Shown here: positions 12,043 to 26,299 of the stretch, piece after piece
How positions within the stretch are numbered: the first letter of the stretch is position 1
How the letters are laid out: each line of letters opens with the position of its first letter
Assembly (NCBI GenBank): GCA_036172245.1
Contig: JAYWIR010000034.1
Location: forward strand, 186,001 to 250,000
Reading direction: 5' to 3'
Length of the DNA: 64,000 bases
Source: Raillietiella orientalis
Lineage: Eukaryota
Position numbers and translations under genes: made by a program
Notes under the pieces: generated by a model
What the model was told of the DNA's origin: nothing
What the model saw: only the letters and a program-made list of their open reading frames with translations
Database searches by the model: none

Positions 12043-15000
12043 TCATCCAGCTGATCCTGAGGAGCCTGAATGTGGAAGGGTGGTTGCATTCGAGTGAGTA
12101 GCCGTGATCTAATGAGATGAGTACCAAGAGCCGATTTTTAATATTTGCATCAACCTTTTGAGTGCTATGGACGCATAGATGCGTCTGCTTTTACCTTTGC
12201 CTTAAGTTAACACTATCGATGGACACATACACTAACACTTTTACGATTCCCTTATCAGCGACAGTAAACGACATTCTACGTATATCGGCTCGCTATTCTC
12301 GGTGTCGTATCGAATTGATTATACTGTTTTCCATCTTTGAGATTTCTTAAAAATGCGAGTCATTGATTTGTTCGAATTAGAATTGCGATTTTTCAACGAA
12401 TAATGCACGTTCGGGAAAAATGAAAACATTTTATCTGATGTGGTGTAAATAAACAATTACAATAGTAACGTTAATCAGCACTTTGTGTAGTCTATCGGTA
12501 CCTCGGTAGAGCCCGCGGCACTGCGGCGCTCACCCCATCAACACGGAACGTTTCAATCTGATGAGCTCCGCACCCAAAGGGGTTAAATTCTTCAGGAGTT
12601 TCCAGCTTGCAGCTTGCATGCTTACTAGGTATATTGATTAGATGATAGTGGTAAGTCGCTCTATTCATTGTATCGATATAATATACACAGTCCATGAGCA
12701 GATTTAATGGTACATGTATTTTGGTGAAACTATGTGTAATGAAAGTTTTTTAGCACCAGAGTTCCAGACAGAAATTTTATTCATCCGGTGACTTTTGCAG
12801 AGCGAGAAACTGGTCCACTCACAAGAAGACTTCTGATAAGTAGAAAATCGCTTTTTTTCTTTCGTGTTTTTTAAAAATGCATCTTCCGCTTCCTGCATTT
12901 TGACAATGTTGCAAGCTTGCTACCGCCTTGGCATTCTAACACCAGCAACCTCATCTAAAGACCGATGAATAGTGAAACAACAAGAAAGGACGATTTTCAG
13001 AATTTAGGAAACGGATTCCACACTCGATTCCACCTACTCAAACGCTTTTTGGTTATTTCAGAAAAATGCAGTGATGTGTATTTCATGGATTCATCAGTGA
13101 ACTTCCTGGTTATTGCTGAGATTTCACCTTCATCCTCTGTATATTTTCATTGTGAATTTAGACGTTTTCAAAATTGCCTTTTGATTCTTAAGCAGTACTG
13201 ATTTAGCAACTGGCTGACGGACAATGTTGTGTTGCTTTTCATTTCCACTGTATGGAATTACATGCTCCATTAACCAGCCAGCGCCTGTGCCCACGTTCTC
13301 TATGGCTTCATCATTTCTCTCTAGCATTCTCTATCATTTTTGGCCTTCAACCGAGGTGCTTCGAGCTAGGCGTTTCCAAAGTCAGCATTCTGAAATCGTT
13401 GCAACTGACTGTTCATTACAGCTTCAACAAGTTTTCCGCTGGCCGGATTTTATTTTCTGCGGCTTTATGATTCTTATGACCCCACCGTTGGTTTTGGAAC
13501 TTTGAGGTTTGGATCGGCAAACACCGACTCCCACGTCTAAGAAGAGTTTCGATCTGACGATTTTGTTTTCGGATTTTATTAATGTGCACGAAATTCATTT
13601 TGTTTTCCTGCTCATGAATTGTACTGCCTCCAGGAAGGCTGCCAGTACTACCACTCAGCTGAACAACATTTTTCATTGAAACACAAAAAATTGTCGGTCC
13701 TTCTATTTTTCTAGGTATTCCTTCAAATCATGTCGGATGGAAAAACCGGAGTATGAAATCCGAAAGATACAGTCTGATAATTTGTTCACAAGCCTTCCAG
13801 GCTAGGAATACAAAGAGACCTTTATGAACTTTTGTGATCTAACGCACAAAAAGATAAATGCTTCACACACACCGTACATTTCAAAGGGAGTTCGCTCGTC
13901 CATAGGGCATCGGGTAAGATGTGTGCTTTTAGAACATTGAACTCACGACAAAAGAGGAAAGTTGAATAAACAGGTAGTACGACTGGTAAAAACTGGCTCA
14001 TTTTAACGTAATGTCCATGCCAATAAATCATGAAAATGCTTTGGAGATAATGATTGAGACAGTATTCCAAGTGGTATTCTCTCCTTTCGAAGATTTTCTA
14101 ATGATTCACATTTTTCCTCAGGTTTTGATCGCTTGCTTTTTGGCAAGATTTTGATTTCTAAGATGATGCATAAATCTACTTCATAATGAGTGATACATGC
14201 CCTTGTTAAGTAGACAAAGATGTTTTCCGACTCGCAAAATCTTCCTTCGAGAGGATGGAAGGTTAATCTCCACAATCCAGGTCACATATGAGCGATATAA
14301 GGTCAAAAAAAAAAAAAAGTATCGAGGAAGCTTTTTTCTCCTCAATTTTATTAATGTGTACAGTCAGTCTTAAGGAGAAGATTCGGATTCTGGTTTTAAA
14401 CTATGTCGATCAAGGGTTGCTTACCATATGTATACAATCGAACATTGAGGAATAATTGAGAAAGAAGAAATTCTCCACTGGAAACTCTCCTATGAAGGTT
14501 TTCTCTGATAAAATAGTGGGCAAATAAGCAGATAAGTTGAACAAGAACAACATGACACGAGAATCCCTATTCTTAAGAGCATCTTACGATTCAGCAAAGA
14601 TTACATTATAAATATGGATTAAATATCGAGAGGTATTTTGACATTTGATAATAAATGGGAAAGAGGAATTGAGGACCAGTGTCAAAGACCGGAAGCAACG
14701 ACAGATCTCTCGCGATAATGTTTCAGTAAATAACTATTTCTATTTGAAATTATTTCAAATAGAAAGTTTTGGAAATAGCATGAAGTTACAAAAACAAAAT
14801 AAAACTGAAGTATTTCTGAGGATTTTTGAAAAACTTATTCATAATTTAGCCGAAGAGGGCTCAAAGCATTCATCATTGTATACGTATTGTCTGTCATAAA
14901 CATATTAGTTAATCCTGCTTATTTAATAAGTAACTGAAAAACAAATTTATAGCTTATTCTTCCTTTTTAAATGCAAATAATGTTTATAAGATATTTTTTC

Positions 15001-17894
15001 ACCTCTTTAAAACCTTACCACATTTAAAGTACTCTATAATCTTATTGTTTATGATCAAAAATCAATGCAATTTTCTTTAAAGGAAGGAAGCTGTGAAGGT
15101 TATAAAAAGACATTTCAGTATTCTATTACACAAGAAACAGTTCTATTGAACAAATAATCACTCTTCACTTGAACATTTTATTATACAACAATTTTAAGAG
15201 AAAACTTATATACATGAGAAAAATCACAGATTTTCAGCATTACTTCGAGCTAATTCATATTAAAACAAAATACACACAGCGGCTAAAAATCTGAGGAAGC
15301 CATTTTGAAAAATGTAGCATTATCGGATAAGAATATTGGTGCTTAAAAAATATGCATCAAAATATGGAGTACTAAGTAGTTGTTTATTTTTACAGAATCT
15401 GTATTTTATGTAAGAGTGTTAAGAGATTTCCCGAAGAAACAAATTCGGATTCAAAAGTTAAATGCTCTTCTAAAATTTATAATTCTCCAGAGCCATTCCA
15501 GCAACAGTGTTTGTAGCAATCTAAATGCTAAATAAAGCTTTCTATTTTCAAAAAAAAAAAAATCCATAACAAAAAAGCAACAAAAAGTCATGATTGAAAT
15601 TTTTTTACTTCACATTACTACTTTCAAAATGTATCTAGGATTTTCGATCCAAGGCGATTGCAACACAACGATAATGTTGCTCTAAAGGACACGAGATGGA
15701 AAATATACTGCTTATAAGTACATTTTTATGTACGGATCGTTATTATTTTAAATATTAAGTGCATCAATTTTACAAAATAAAAAGTTTGTGTATGCTTGCA
15801 AAACAATACTCAGACAGATCTGTATGTTTTTGTGTTCAGTTTCATCGATTTACTTGAATTCCGAACTGATCACAGAGTAGACATTAAAAAATTTCTGTAT
15901 TCCACTTGCGAAATCCTAAGAATACTTTAATATGATTTTCGTACAACTTCTATTGATTTAAGTCTTTCAATGAGTGGCCAAAACAAAATTTTGGGAACGC
16001 AACAAGCTTGTCCTTTCTGTTTGTTAAACTTGTCAAACTAATTGTGAATGACGAATGATAGCAAAAGTTTCGGAGAACCTTTGTGTTGGAATGAATGAAT
16101 TGAAACTTTTAGTGTTCAGATTTTTCGAAACGCTATTTCCAGAGATGTAAAGACCTTAAACTGCAGTTGCTTATTATGGCAAGTTCACCAATTGCGGTTT
16201 CGCCAAATTGGGATGATTAATTTTTTAAAATTACATCAGAAAACAAGCTGAATGTTTGTTCACCCGGTTTTCCATGCTTTGCTGTATGTTCTAACGTGCT
16301 TTTTAGATTAATCTCCAATGTGATCGTTGAGTCTTTGTAAAACTTATGTTAACTCCAATTAGAACTGGAAATATACGTGAACTTCTAAGCATGACTAACG
16401 TAAACATTCACGTTGAAACGGTTTAAGGAAAGCAATATTTTACTCACGATTATTACAGGTGAGATGGTATTTCATAAAAGTGTTTTTTAAATTTGGTATA
16501 ATTTAATATTTCAATATGAGTACTTTTTGATTTCTATATGATCCCGCTGTAGATTTGCGTATTTAAATGATGCATATATAATGTACATCTTATTGCGGTA
16601 TATATATTTTATATAAAATATGTGTGCATCGAATACAATATATGTCATGGGCACCATATCGTGGCCTAGGAATGAGTACTTTATGCAGATTATGATTGTC
16701 TGTAGGTTTTGTTGTGTTCTTCATGGTAACAATAGTGTCGGTAGAAGTTGCATGTTGAACTTCGTTGATTGCTTTTGAAGTGCATCATATTTGCAAATGT
16801 TCATCATTCACTTAATTCTGGAATTGACATAAGTCGTTGAAGTGTTGGTTTATGTGTTCTTAAGTTTATTGGAGTAAGAGTTTTTCCTGATATTGTGGCT
16901 GTTTTATGCATTTTCTGACAGAATTTTACCGATATGTGCTTAAGAAGACTCATTGTTTGATGTAATAATTTTGACTTTAGCAAGTAAGTTTTCCAAAATC
17001 CTCATGACTATTTGCGTTGTATGTTTTTTTCTGTGCACAAGGCTCAGAGAAACTCAACAGTGATTTAAGGAAAGAAAACAAACAAAAAAATAAATAAATT
17101 GGTAGCAGTTAATGTAATGGACTAGATAGCATATGTTGAAGTCGTATCATATATGGTGTTTTAAACTATACAAGGAGTTTCTTAAATGTATATTCTTAAT
17201 GTAAGGTATACAGTATTTAGACAAGGTTTGTTGTGTTTGTTGTAGTAGTTCCTTTTACATGTACTTCACATTAAAGAATGTGAGCAATAATGAAAATGTT
17301 CGAAAAGTTTTTGTGCATATCTGTTTTTTAAATTCTTGCAGTAGTGAATTCTAATACTTCAGGATTGATCATTCTCATTGATGATTTTTAGAGCTTGGTT
17401 GTATTTTACGGTTATTGTTGAGATATGTATGTTATATGGTATTTGAGTTGCGTAAATGGAATATGGAATGCTTAATTATTAGCAAGGACTTGCCATATTG
17501 AGTATTGGATATTAATGGATGTATACCCAGTATTTTCAAAAAGAAAATTTCGAGGATAATTTTTTGTGGGTTTATTTTTTATGGATTGCATTTCTCTAAT
17601 AAGAGCTGCCAAGTTACTTAAAAAAGATGTACAATATTATAAATAAGTAGACTAGTGAAAAAAGTACAATATCGTAAATAAGTAGGCTGGTCAGATGCTT
17701 CGAAGAAACCATTACTTTTGCCAGCATAAAAATCTGTAAAGATAGCCTTGTTTTTTATTTTAGTTTATCATATTAATTCAATTCATTGTCAAGGGAAGTT
17801 TCCATGTAAAGTGAACATATTGTTCATACTGTATTGCATTTTCTAAGAGTTATGTTTAATGTTTAATTTTAGTTTTTTTTCTGGAAGAATCAGC

Positions 17895-20767
17895 ATGAGT
17901 TACCAGCCTTCAATGCGAACTAGTATGTATTCTCACATTCAGTATATGGAATTAATGTGGATTGGTTATTAGCTTATCAGTCTCCCGGAGACTTGGCAAA
18001 GGAACAAACATTATTATGGCAGCAGAATTCTTATCTAGTGGATTCTGGAATCCATTCATCAACCACTACCCGTGCTCCTTCTTTATCAGGGAAGGAAGAA
18101 GATCTTGATGCTAATGATCTCAATCTGTTTGATTTGAATCAAGGCTTTGATCAAGGATTTACTCAAGAGCAAGTCGATGGTAAATAATTCTAATGACTGT
18201 ATGTGTTTTTTCATGTTTCTTTGCAGAAATGAATCAACAGTTGAATCAGACTCGTTCCCAGAGAGTGCGAGCAGCAATGTTTCCTGAGACATTGGAAGAA
18301 GGCCTGGAAATTCCTTCCACTCAATTTGATCCTACGCAGCCTACGGCTGTGCAGCGTTTGGCTGAACCTTCTCAGATGTTGAAACATGCAGTAGTGAACC
18401 TAATTAATTATCAGGTAAGACAGAATGTTAAAAAGTATTGCTATTACAGGACATGCTTTAGGATGATGCTGAGCTTGCTACTCGAGCTATTCCTGAGCTC
18501 ATAAAGCTTTTGAATGATGAGGATCAAGTTGTGGCATCTAAAGCTGGAATGATGGTATTTCAGTTATCAAAAAAAGAAGCATCTCGTCATGCTTTGATGA
18601 ATAGTCGTCAGGTTGGTGCTTGGTTGATGGAGGATTATTCTTATCTTGATGTAGATGATTTCCACCTTGGTCAAAACACTGTCCAATAGTAATGATGTTG
18701 AGACTACCAGAGTGACTGTGGGAGCTCTGCACTACTTGTCCCAGCATCGTCAAGGATTATTAGCTATCTTTAAGTCAGGAGGCATTCCTGCACTTGTCAA
18801 ATTATTGAGGTAAGTATGAATTATGTGTAACTTGGTCTCCTTTATGCTATCATAGTTCACCAGTGGAGTCAGTCCTTTTTTATGCCATCACAACTCTCCA
18901 TAATTTACTGTTGCACCAAGATGGTTCCAAATTGGCTGTTCATGCTGAAGGGGGCCTTCAAAAGTTGATGGCGCTCCTTCAGCGTAACAACAACAAATTT
19001 CTTACTATTGTCGCAGATTGCTTGCAAATTTTATCTTATGGGAATCAAGAAGCCAAACTTATCATTTTTGCCTTGGAAGGTACTCCCCAGTTGGTCCGGA
19101 TTATGCGCACATTCACATATGAAAAACTGCTTTGGGCCACATCACGTGTTCTTAAAGGTAGACCTTATGGTTTCATGGATAGATGATATTGGTTCTTGTA
19201 GTGTTGTCAGTGTGCCAAAGTAACAAACCTGCTATTGTGCAGGCTGGTGGCATGCAAGTACTTGGGATGCATCTGGGACATCAGAGTCAGAGATTAGTGC
19301 AGAATTGTTTGTGGACATTGCGGAATCTGTCAGATGCAGCAACAGAAGTAGTGAGTATTCACAGTGATTTTGTTAGGTTGATGCTAATAACAACTGTTAG
19401 GATGGATTGGATTCCTTGTTGCAAAGTCTTGTGCATTTGCTTGATTCAGCTGATATCAATGTAGTGACTTGTGCAGCTGGAATATTGTCCAATGTCACAT
19501 GCAATAATCAGCACAATAAAGTGATAGTATGTCAAGTAGGTGGCATAGAAGGATTAGTTCACACTATCAAAAGTGCAGGAGATAGAGAAGAGATAACAGA
19601 ACCAGCAGTATGCTACAAATTTCGTAATTTATTGCTTCATAGTTTTTTCTAGGTATGTTGTTTGCGCCATCTTACATCACGCCATCCAGAATCCGAATTG
19701 GCCCAAAACACAATTCGGCTAAGTTTTGGTATCCCTTTGATTGTGCGTTTGCTTCATCCTCCTAGCCGTTGGCCACTCGTCAAAGCTGTTATCGGGCTTA
19801 TTCGTAATTTAGCCCTCTGTCCTGCTAATCATGCTCCTTTACGTGAGCATGGTGCAATTCCAAAATTGGTGCAGTTGTTGGGTCGTTCATTTCAGGATTC
19901 TGTAAGTTTGTATCACAAAATATTTAGTTCATCACTATTAATTTAGCAACGAATGTCATTGAGTGGTACTGATGGTATCTATACTGATGGAGTTCGAATG
20001 GAGGAGATAGTTGAGTGTGCTGTTGGTGCTTTGCACATTTTAGCAAGGGATCCTCATAATCGAGCTGTGATTCTTGGACTTTCTGTTATTCCGATTTTTG
20101 TGCAGGTATCAATAGCTTAATTAATTTGTCTGCAGTTGCTTTCTAGTTGCTATACAGTGAAGTGCAGAATATCCAGAGAGTAGCTGCAGGAGTTTTATGT
20201 GAATTGGCTGTGGATAAGGAAGCTGCAGTTCAGATTGAACAGCAAGGAGCTACCCCATGTCTCACTGAACTATTGCATTCCCAGAATGAATTTGTTGGTA
20301 TGTATTGACAGCAAAATCCACATTCGACCCTAGAATCATTTCCAGCCACTTATGCTGCAGCAGTGCTGTACCGTTTGTTTGAAGACAAACCCCCAGATTT
20401 CCGTAAACGACTTTCAGCAGAAGTAACCAATTCCTTGCTTCGTCCAACAGACGATCTGATGTGGTCTGATCAAGATATGGGCTTAAGTCATGGTCACCAG
20501 GAGCTTATGACTGCTGATCCCACTTATAATCCTACATTGTACTCTCAAGGACCAGCTAACATGCATAGACTTTATGGACAAAGCACTTATGATGGAATTC
20601 CTGTTGAATCCATGCAAGATTTGGATATCAATCCGCATCCTGGATCTGGTTATTCAGTAGATCCAATGGATGTAGGAAGACATGATTTTACTTATGATGT
20701 CAACACAGTACCATTACCTCCTAGGGATAACAACCAGGAAGCTGCGTGGTTTGATACTGATGTATAG
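17895..20767 (+). CDS. arm: Beta-catenin / armadillo, 12 coding exons, 788 aa
   Basis: Exons 17895-17922, 17973-18179, 18227-18414, 18462-18611, 18655-18809, 18856-19157, 19202-19350, 19401-19607, 19653-19901, 19947-20105, 20147-20297, 20346-20767. All introns GT-AG; total 2367 nt in frame. N-terminus MSYQPSMRT...[33 protein letters not shown] (GSK3/CK1 degron), then [17 protein letters not shown], armadillo repeats and C-terminal AWFDTDV. Confidence 0.97.
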
Positions 20768-20792
20768 TGGGCGTTTTTAAATTGTTTAAAGC

Positions 20793-20798
20793 AATAAA
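20793..20798 (+). promoter_or_regulatory. Candidate polyadenylation signal of beta-catenin
   Basis: AATAAA about 25 nt after the stop codon; further AATAAA copies near 20826 followed by T-rich sequence. Confidence 0.45.
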
Positions 20799-23700
20799 GT
20801 AGTTTGTATAATACTACATTATAAGAATAAATAAATAATGTATTTATTCAGCGAATCTGCTGCAGTTTCTTTTTGTTTTTGATTTTTTTTTCTAATTTTC
20901 CATTATCTGATGCGGGAGCAAAGATCCATGGTGCTAGTACATGTTTCCAAAGCATGTATATTGCAGTAAATGGTACCTGAAAGCACAATGTTGTGATGTT
21001 ATTGTTATACAAACCAAAAGCCAGAGGAAAAAAAAGTATTTATGAATGGTGGATAGTACTTGGCAGGCACAGGTCAAAATTATCAAATCCTTAGCATATC
21101 TGAAAACATATCAATTCTGGCTTAATAACTCCCAAAGATCTCACTCTACTATTCCTGAATGCATGTTCAAATCCATTCCAGGAAATATTAATGCAGTTCC
21201 TTCAAATATTGGTTTTGCTGCAGAGCACAAGAATTGATCACTCGCAAAAAGTACCACCAGACAAAGAACAAAAATGATCTGTAGTATTTGTCCAATGTTT
21301 TTATCATTGTAAGGTATATCTTACAATATCAGCGAACGTACTCTGCTTCAAGTATAAAGAAAGCAAATGTATTGTGGTAGATATAAGAACCATTTTTCTA
21401 TAGAAATTTACGGTACTTGCATTGTCATCAAGAATCTGTTTTGGACTTTTTGTAGCTTGTTTTTTTTTCTGCATCTGAAAGAACACATTTTCTATATTTA
21501 TGCGCTCGATCGGGTATGTCACATCACAGCAACAAAGTTAGAAACACAATATTGAAAGTTCAACTATTCTAGTTTTAAGTTTATAGTTAAGAGTTCATGA
21601 TGATTTGTACATAGCACACAGAAACAATAACTGTGTTTCTGTAACCTGTACTTTTACAAGCAACATATTTGGTTACTTTTAACATTTACCAACTAAGTGA
21701 TTCGCTCTGCAAATTGCTAACAGGTCGTCACACTTTATACTCTTTCAAACAGAAAGTATAATCATATCAAACGATGCAAACCTAGATGCTTTTAAATGCT
21801 CCAGAGATTAGAAAAACATGATTGAAATTCCACAAGAACTTCCACATACCTTTGATTATTTTGGACTTACTAATGGTACCATTCATTTGCATTCGCACCT
21901 GCCGTGAAAAGATTCAGCTTCCATCAGAGATAATAAAAAAATAGGTAAAAACTAGATCGAACAAAGCAAAAGCATCAATAAGGTTACAGAATCATACAGA
22001 TATCAAAGACAATGTGTGTAATATACATCATACAATAATATGTATTGCTTTGAATTATTTAATACAGGTTTTCGGAATTAACTTAATGATTTCGTTGTAT
22101 TCAACTCTAAAATAATCAAGCTGATTCCAAACGCTTACTGATTTTTTCTCTGTACACATTCAATAGACATATTTCATTACGAAACTCTGCATGCTTTTAC
22201 GAAGTTTGGACTACAGAAATGGCTTTTCCGGTAATTCGTACGTGAACGTATATCACGTTCACTTTTAACAGTACTGCCTATGTTCTCAAAATTAAAGTAT
22301 TCTTTCATGATCCATCACTTAAAATTAAAGGATGGAAACAATCACATATATTAAAAACTAACAATACTCTATAATTACATTAAAATTTTACACACTATTA
22401 ATTAATACAAATTTAGGTAACAGTTATTTAAATGTACATCAATGATTATAATAATTCATGCATTATCAGTTCGTATCTTAAGTAGTTCCGTAAAGTCCTA
22501 TGTATGTTTTATCACATTTTTGTGCTTCCAGGTACAATTTACCACAATATACATGCTTTAGAGACACGCAATAGAACCATAGATCAGTTCTAAACAAAAA
22601 AATATCATTCAAAAAATTCGAGATTATCATAATGGTTACTCGGTTAATGTAACGATATTTTCATCATTCATAGTTTGTTTTTTAGCGTAAAAAGCGCTTA
22701 AGACACGAACTGATTGTTGTGAAAAAGTACGCAAACACTTATTGATACCATCAACTTGAGAACTACTCGTATCCATGGGATTTTAATCAATTTTCAATTT
22801 TTTTTGCATTACAAAAAATTGCGCTATTCCATTCTCATTTGCTATTTCAAATCAGTAACTCACAGTTTGCTTGAGTATTGAACTAGAAGTTCACGATAAA
22901 AGCTGCCATTTTGCTTTTCAATATGAATTTTTAATTTTCCTGTTTATTCCTGTTCAGTCCATGAAGATCAAGAGTAATCATGGATGTTAAAACTCTTGGT
23001 TCATTTATAATACTAGTATTCGTCAGATGTGCTTATTTTCCGCAAATCTGATATCAGAATGAAAGCATTTTTTCATAAAAGGACTTTCTCATGAAACATT
23101 TTTGCAAAAATGTTTTATAAGTTTGAGAAAGCTTTTTCATGCACAAGGTGCTACCTTCGAAACAAACTTTTCAAGATGTGGATATTGCCCATACACAATA
23201 TATTCCCTGAAACGATTTCCAAAATTTATGACAGCTGACAATAGAAAAACTTGTAAGAAATCATTGCAATGAAGTCTGAAATCTTGAAGTGGATGGATTT
23301 CCTCTGTTAATTCTAAATGGAGAAAGTCAAGTTTCCCAAGACTCTCAGTATCCAAGGAGAAAAAAAAAATGCATCGAAGATATTTTTCATGAATTCTTGA
23401 CAGACATCTCCATGTTTCTGATCATTTCCGTTATCCTATAGCGTATGGGAAATTTAGTCGCAGTTATTTCGTCCGAAATTTCTAAACAGCAAAACAGACG
23501 CCTGAGTTGGATTTTAAAGAATTTAATTTTCCTACCCTAGTGTACAGTACCTCTTGGTGTAATTTGAATCTCCTGAAATATATTATCCATTAAAGATGCA
23601 TTCCTTTAATGAAGCAATATTCGTATCTAAAATTGCTAGTATAGAATTTCAATTTAAGTTCGAGCAAGAAATTTCTGCTTATTTAGACTTGATTTTCTTA

Positions 23701-25879
23701 ATGTTTTTTACTTTTGCAGCCATTATTGGAATCTTAGAAATCTTGGGAAGAGAGAATTAATCAATACTGTCTCCAAGGAGGATGCAATTTTTGCTATAGG
23801 GTAGTTTTGATTGCAATGGTTCCAGTCTATTACTCGTGTAGTATGCTTAACAATTCGTTTCCGGGGTACATTTTCCATCTAAACAAGGTGCTATAACCAC
23901 AAAAAACACGGATAATCAGGCATGATGAAAAGGGAGTCATTAGAATGTTGTCATCTAAACTTAGATGATTTGTTTTTTTTAATAAATAAGTAAAATTTCT
24001 TCTGTAGATGTATTTCTTTAGCATCTTTTAGGGAAGATCACAAAAGGGAAAGGCTACATGGAGTTCTGGAATCTCATTTTTAAGACTGTTGCTACATTTG
24101 CCTCTCCAGATTTGTTTTTATTGAATGTCTTCGGGTACATAAAACTTCGACCTTTGAATGGCAGATGTTGGAATAAAATAAAGGAGATAAAGTGAAAGTT
24201 TGAAAAGATGGAAGTGTTAATTTCAATGGAATGTAATAAATATGTGAAAAATAAACCTTGATAACATATGAAATTAAGTATGGAAAAGGTATAGATAACT
24301 CCGTTAAGAAAGACGTATAAGAAAAAAGGATCAAAAGATTATTTAATTTTTTTCAGCACTTCATGAAGTACAAAATAGCAAAAATTTCTTGACGGAATGA
24401 CAAGCGATTGTAATACAATAGTATTACATTTATTACGGCTTATTTTATATATTTTATGAAGTACTTAAGACAGATTTGATTTTCATCTTTTGTCGTATCA
24501 ACTATCTAGTTACATTTTGTCAAGAATTTATGCCTGGGTACGTATATTAAGTGCAAAGATTAACGAAGAGTTCTCGTTTATTTACACTTCCCTTTTATTA
24601 GTTACACATGCTTTACTTCAAATCCATTTTCATTTAGATTAAAATATTGTTTGAAGAATCCAAAAATTCAAAATAGGAAAGGAATAAGTTAGACTTTAAT
24701 TAAGGAAACAAAAAATTACACTAAGAAAACAATAAATGAAATTTATTAAATGAAAGGACAATTGAAGAAACAAACTTTTACTTTGGTGAACCTTATGCTT
24801 TTTTTATAATCGAAAACAGATATTAAATTACTTTTTAGATCACATTAATAGAATTAGTCAGTCCACAAACCGTTTTCATGGCCAACTTTTTACTATTGCT
24901 TTAAATTCCGGTCATTCAGTGCAGAAGAAGCAATTCATTTTCTGGTTCATCGTAAAATTCTTTCAATGCTGATAATGATGATAAGCACAGGAACAAGGTT
25001 GCAGATTTACAAACGTTATCTTTCAAATGGTAGACCCAATTACAAAAGAGCTTCAAATTGATCTAAAGTGATAATGGACCTCTGAGCAGCGTGAGCAGAA
25101 AAAGAGCAACGAGCAGTGAAAATAGACCTTAAAGACTTGAAATAAGCCACCCTCAAATCCCGACCTTTCTTCAAGTCATCAGTCACTACGATAACTTGAA
25201 GACATTCTCACACACAAGTCATCTGTCACGATTCTTAAATGAATTTAACATGGGAATACTTCTGCTTATGGGGAAAGAAAGAAAGAAAGAAGAAGAAGAA
25301 GAAGCTTCTCGGGGAAATTTTCTCCGAGTTTGAAGTCGAAGTCTTTTTATAATCCAAAGTGCATCGACATTTCTGTGATAGAAGTGTAACTGCCAAACTA
25401 GAAGTTCCCTCACGTTACTTATAGTAATGGAGGGAGACAAGATCATTCCCAAGAATGAGCAGTATCGGCTCAACAAAAAGACGCTTGTAGTGATGCCTTT
25501 AAAAAAAAATAAAAAACTTAAATAAAATAAAAAATAAAAAAATCTTAAATAAAAAACCTCGAGATGCAAATAGAAATGCTATTAAATTGCTATGCATGCT
25601 ATGCATTTAAATTGTAACTTACGGGGCTACTTCGATTTGGCATGGCTTAACCACGGTCTCCACGAATTCACTAACTTTATTCTTTCTATCACGAGTCAGT
25701 AGTTCTACGGATGGCTTAGTGACAACGGTGTGATTCTGATCACGGAAAACATCAAGCAAGCATCTAGGGTTCTGGAATCGTCCCGTGGCTTCCAGTCACC
25801 ACCCAGTATTATAAGAAACGAACAGGGGATTTTGAAGACCGATAGGGGCTACGACACAAAACGTATATTTGGTCATAGA

Positions 25880-26200
25880 GGCCAGTCGAGTGGCGAATGG
25901 ACTGAACTGTGCTTCTGCTGATTTGGGAGACTGGAGACTCAGAACAAGGCTTTGAGGTCGGGTTCAGTGTTGCGAAAAGAAAGATGGTGGCGTTGGATAT
26001 TGCCTGTCCTTCCGAAAATGGAGAGGAGGCCTTCGACACCGCCAGAAGACATGAGGGGGCGAAATATGAGAACGTGGTCCAGAAGCTGTCCCGGAAAGAC
26101 GTGGAAGTCAAGGTACATGCTTTCATTGTGGGACTATTAGGACATGGGACCCGTTTCCAGGAGTCCCATGAAATGAAACGCAACAGTCTCGAAAACCTTG
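25880..26200 (+). mobile_element. Fragment of RLE-type non-LTR retrotransposon (NeSL/Utopia/R2-like restriction-like endonuclease domain)
   Basis: VALDIACPSENGEEAFDTARRHEGAKYENVVQKLSRKDVEVKVHAFIVGLLG matches the (I/L)DVTxPFENxxxAFxxARxxKxxKY...xxVGxLG signature of RLE domains. Confidence 0.8.
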
Positions 26201-26299
26201 ACTATATTCTTCACTTTAGATGCGAATCCCCGGCTGCGACTCTGCCGGATGCGCTGCGAAAGAGCTTCCACTAAGGTCTAAGCATAGCTGGGCAAATCA

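Noticed and set aside
17620..17692. Short imperfect tandem duplication upstream of the beta-catenin start
   Set aside because: Two ~35-nt AT-rich copies, consistent with ordinary replication slippage; no evidence of function.
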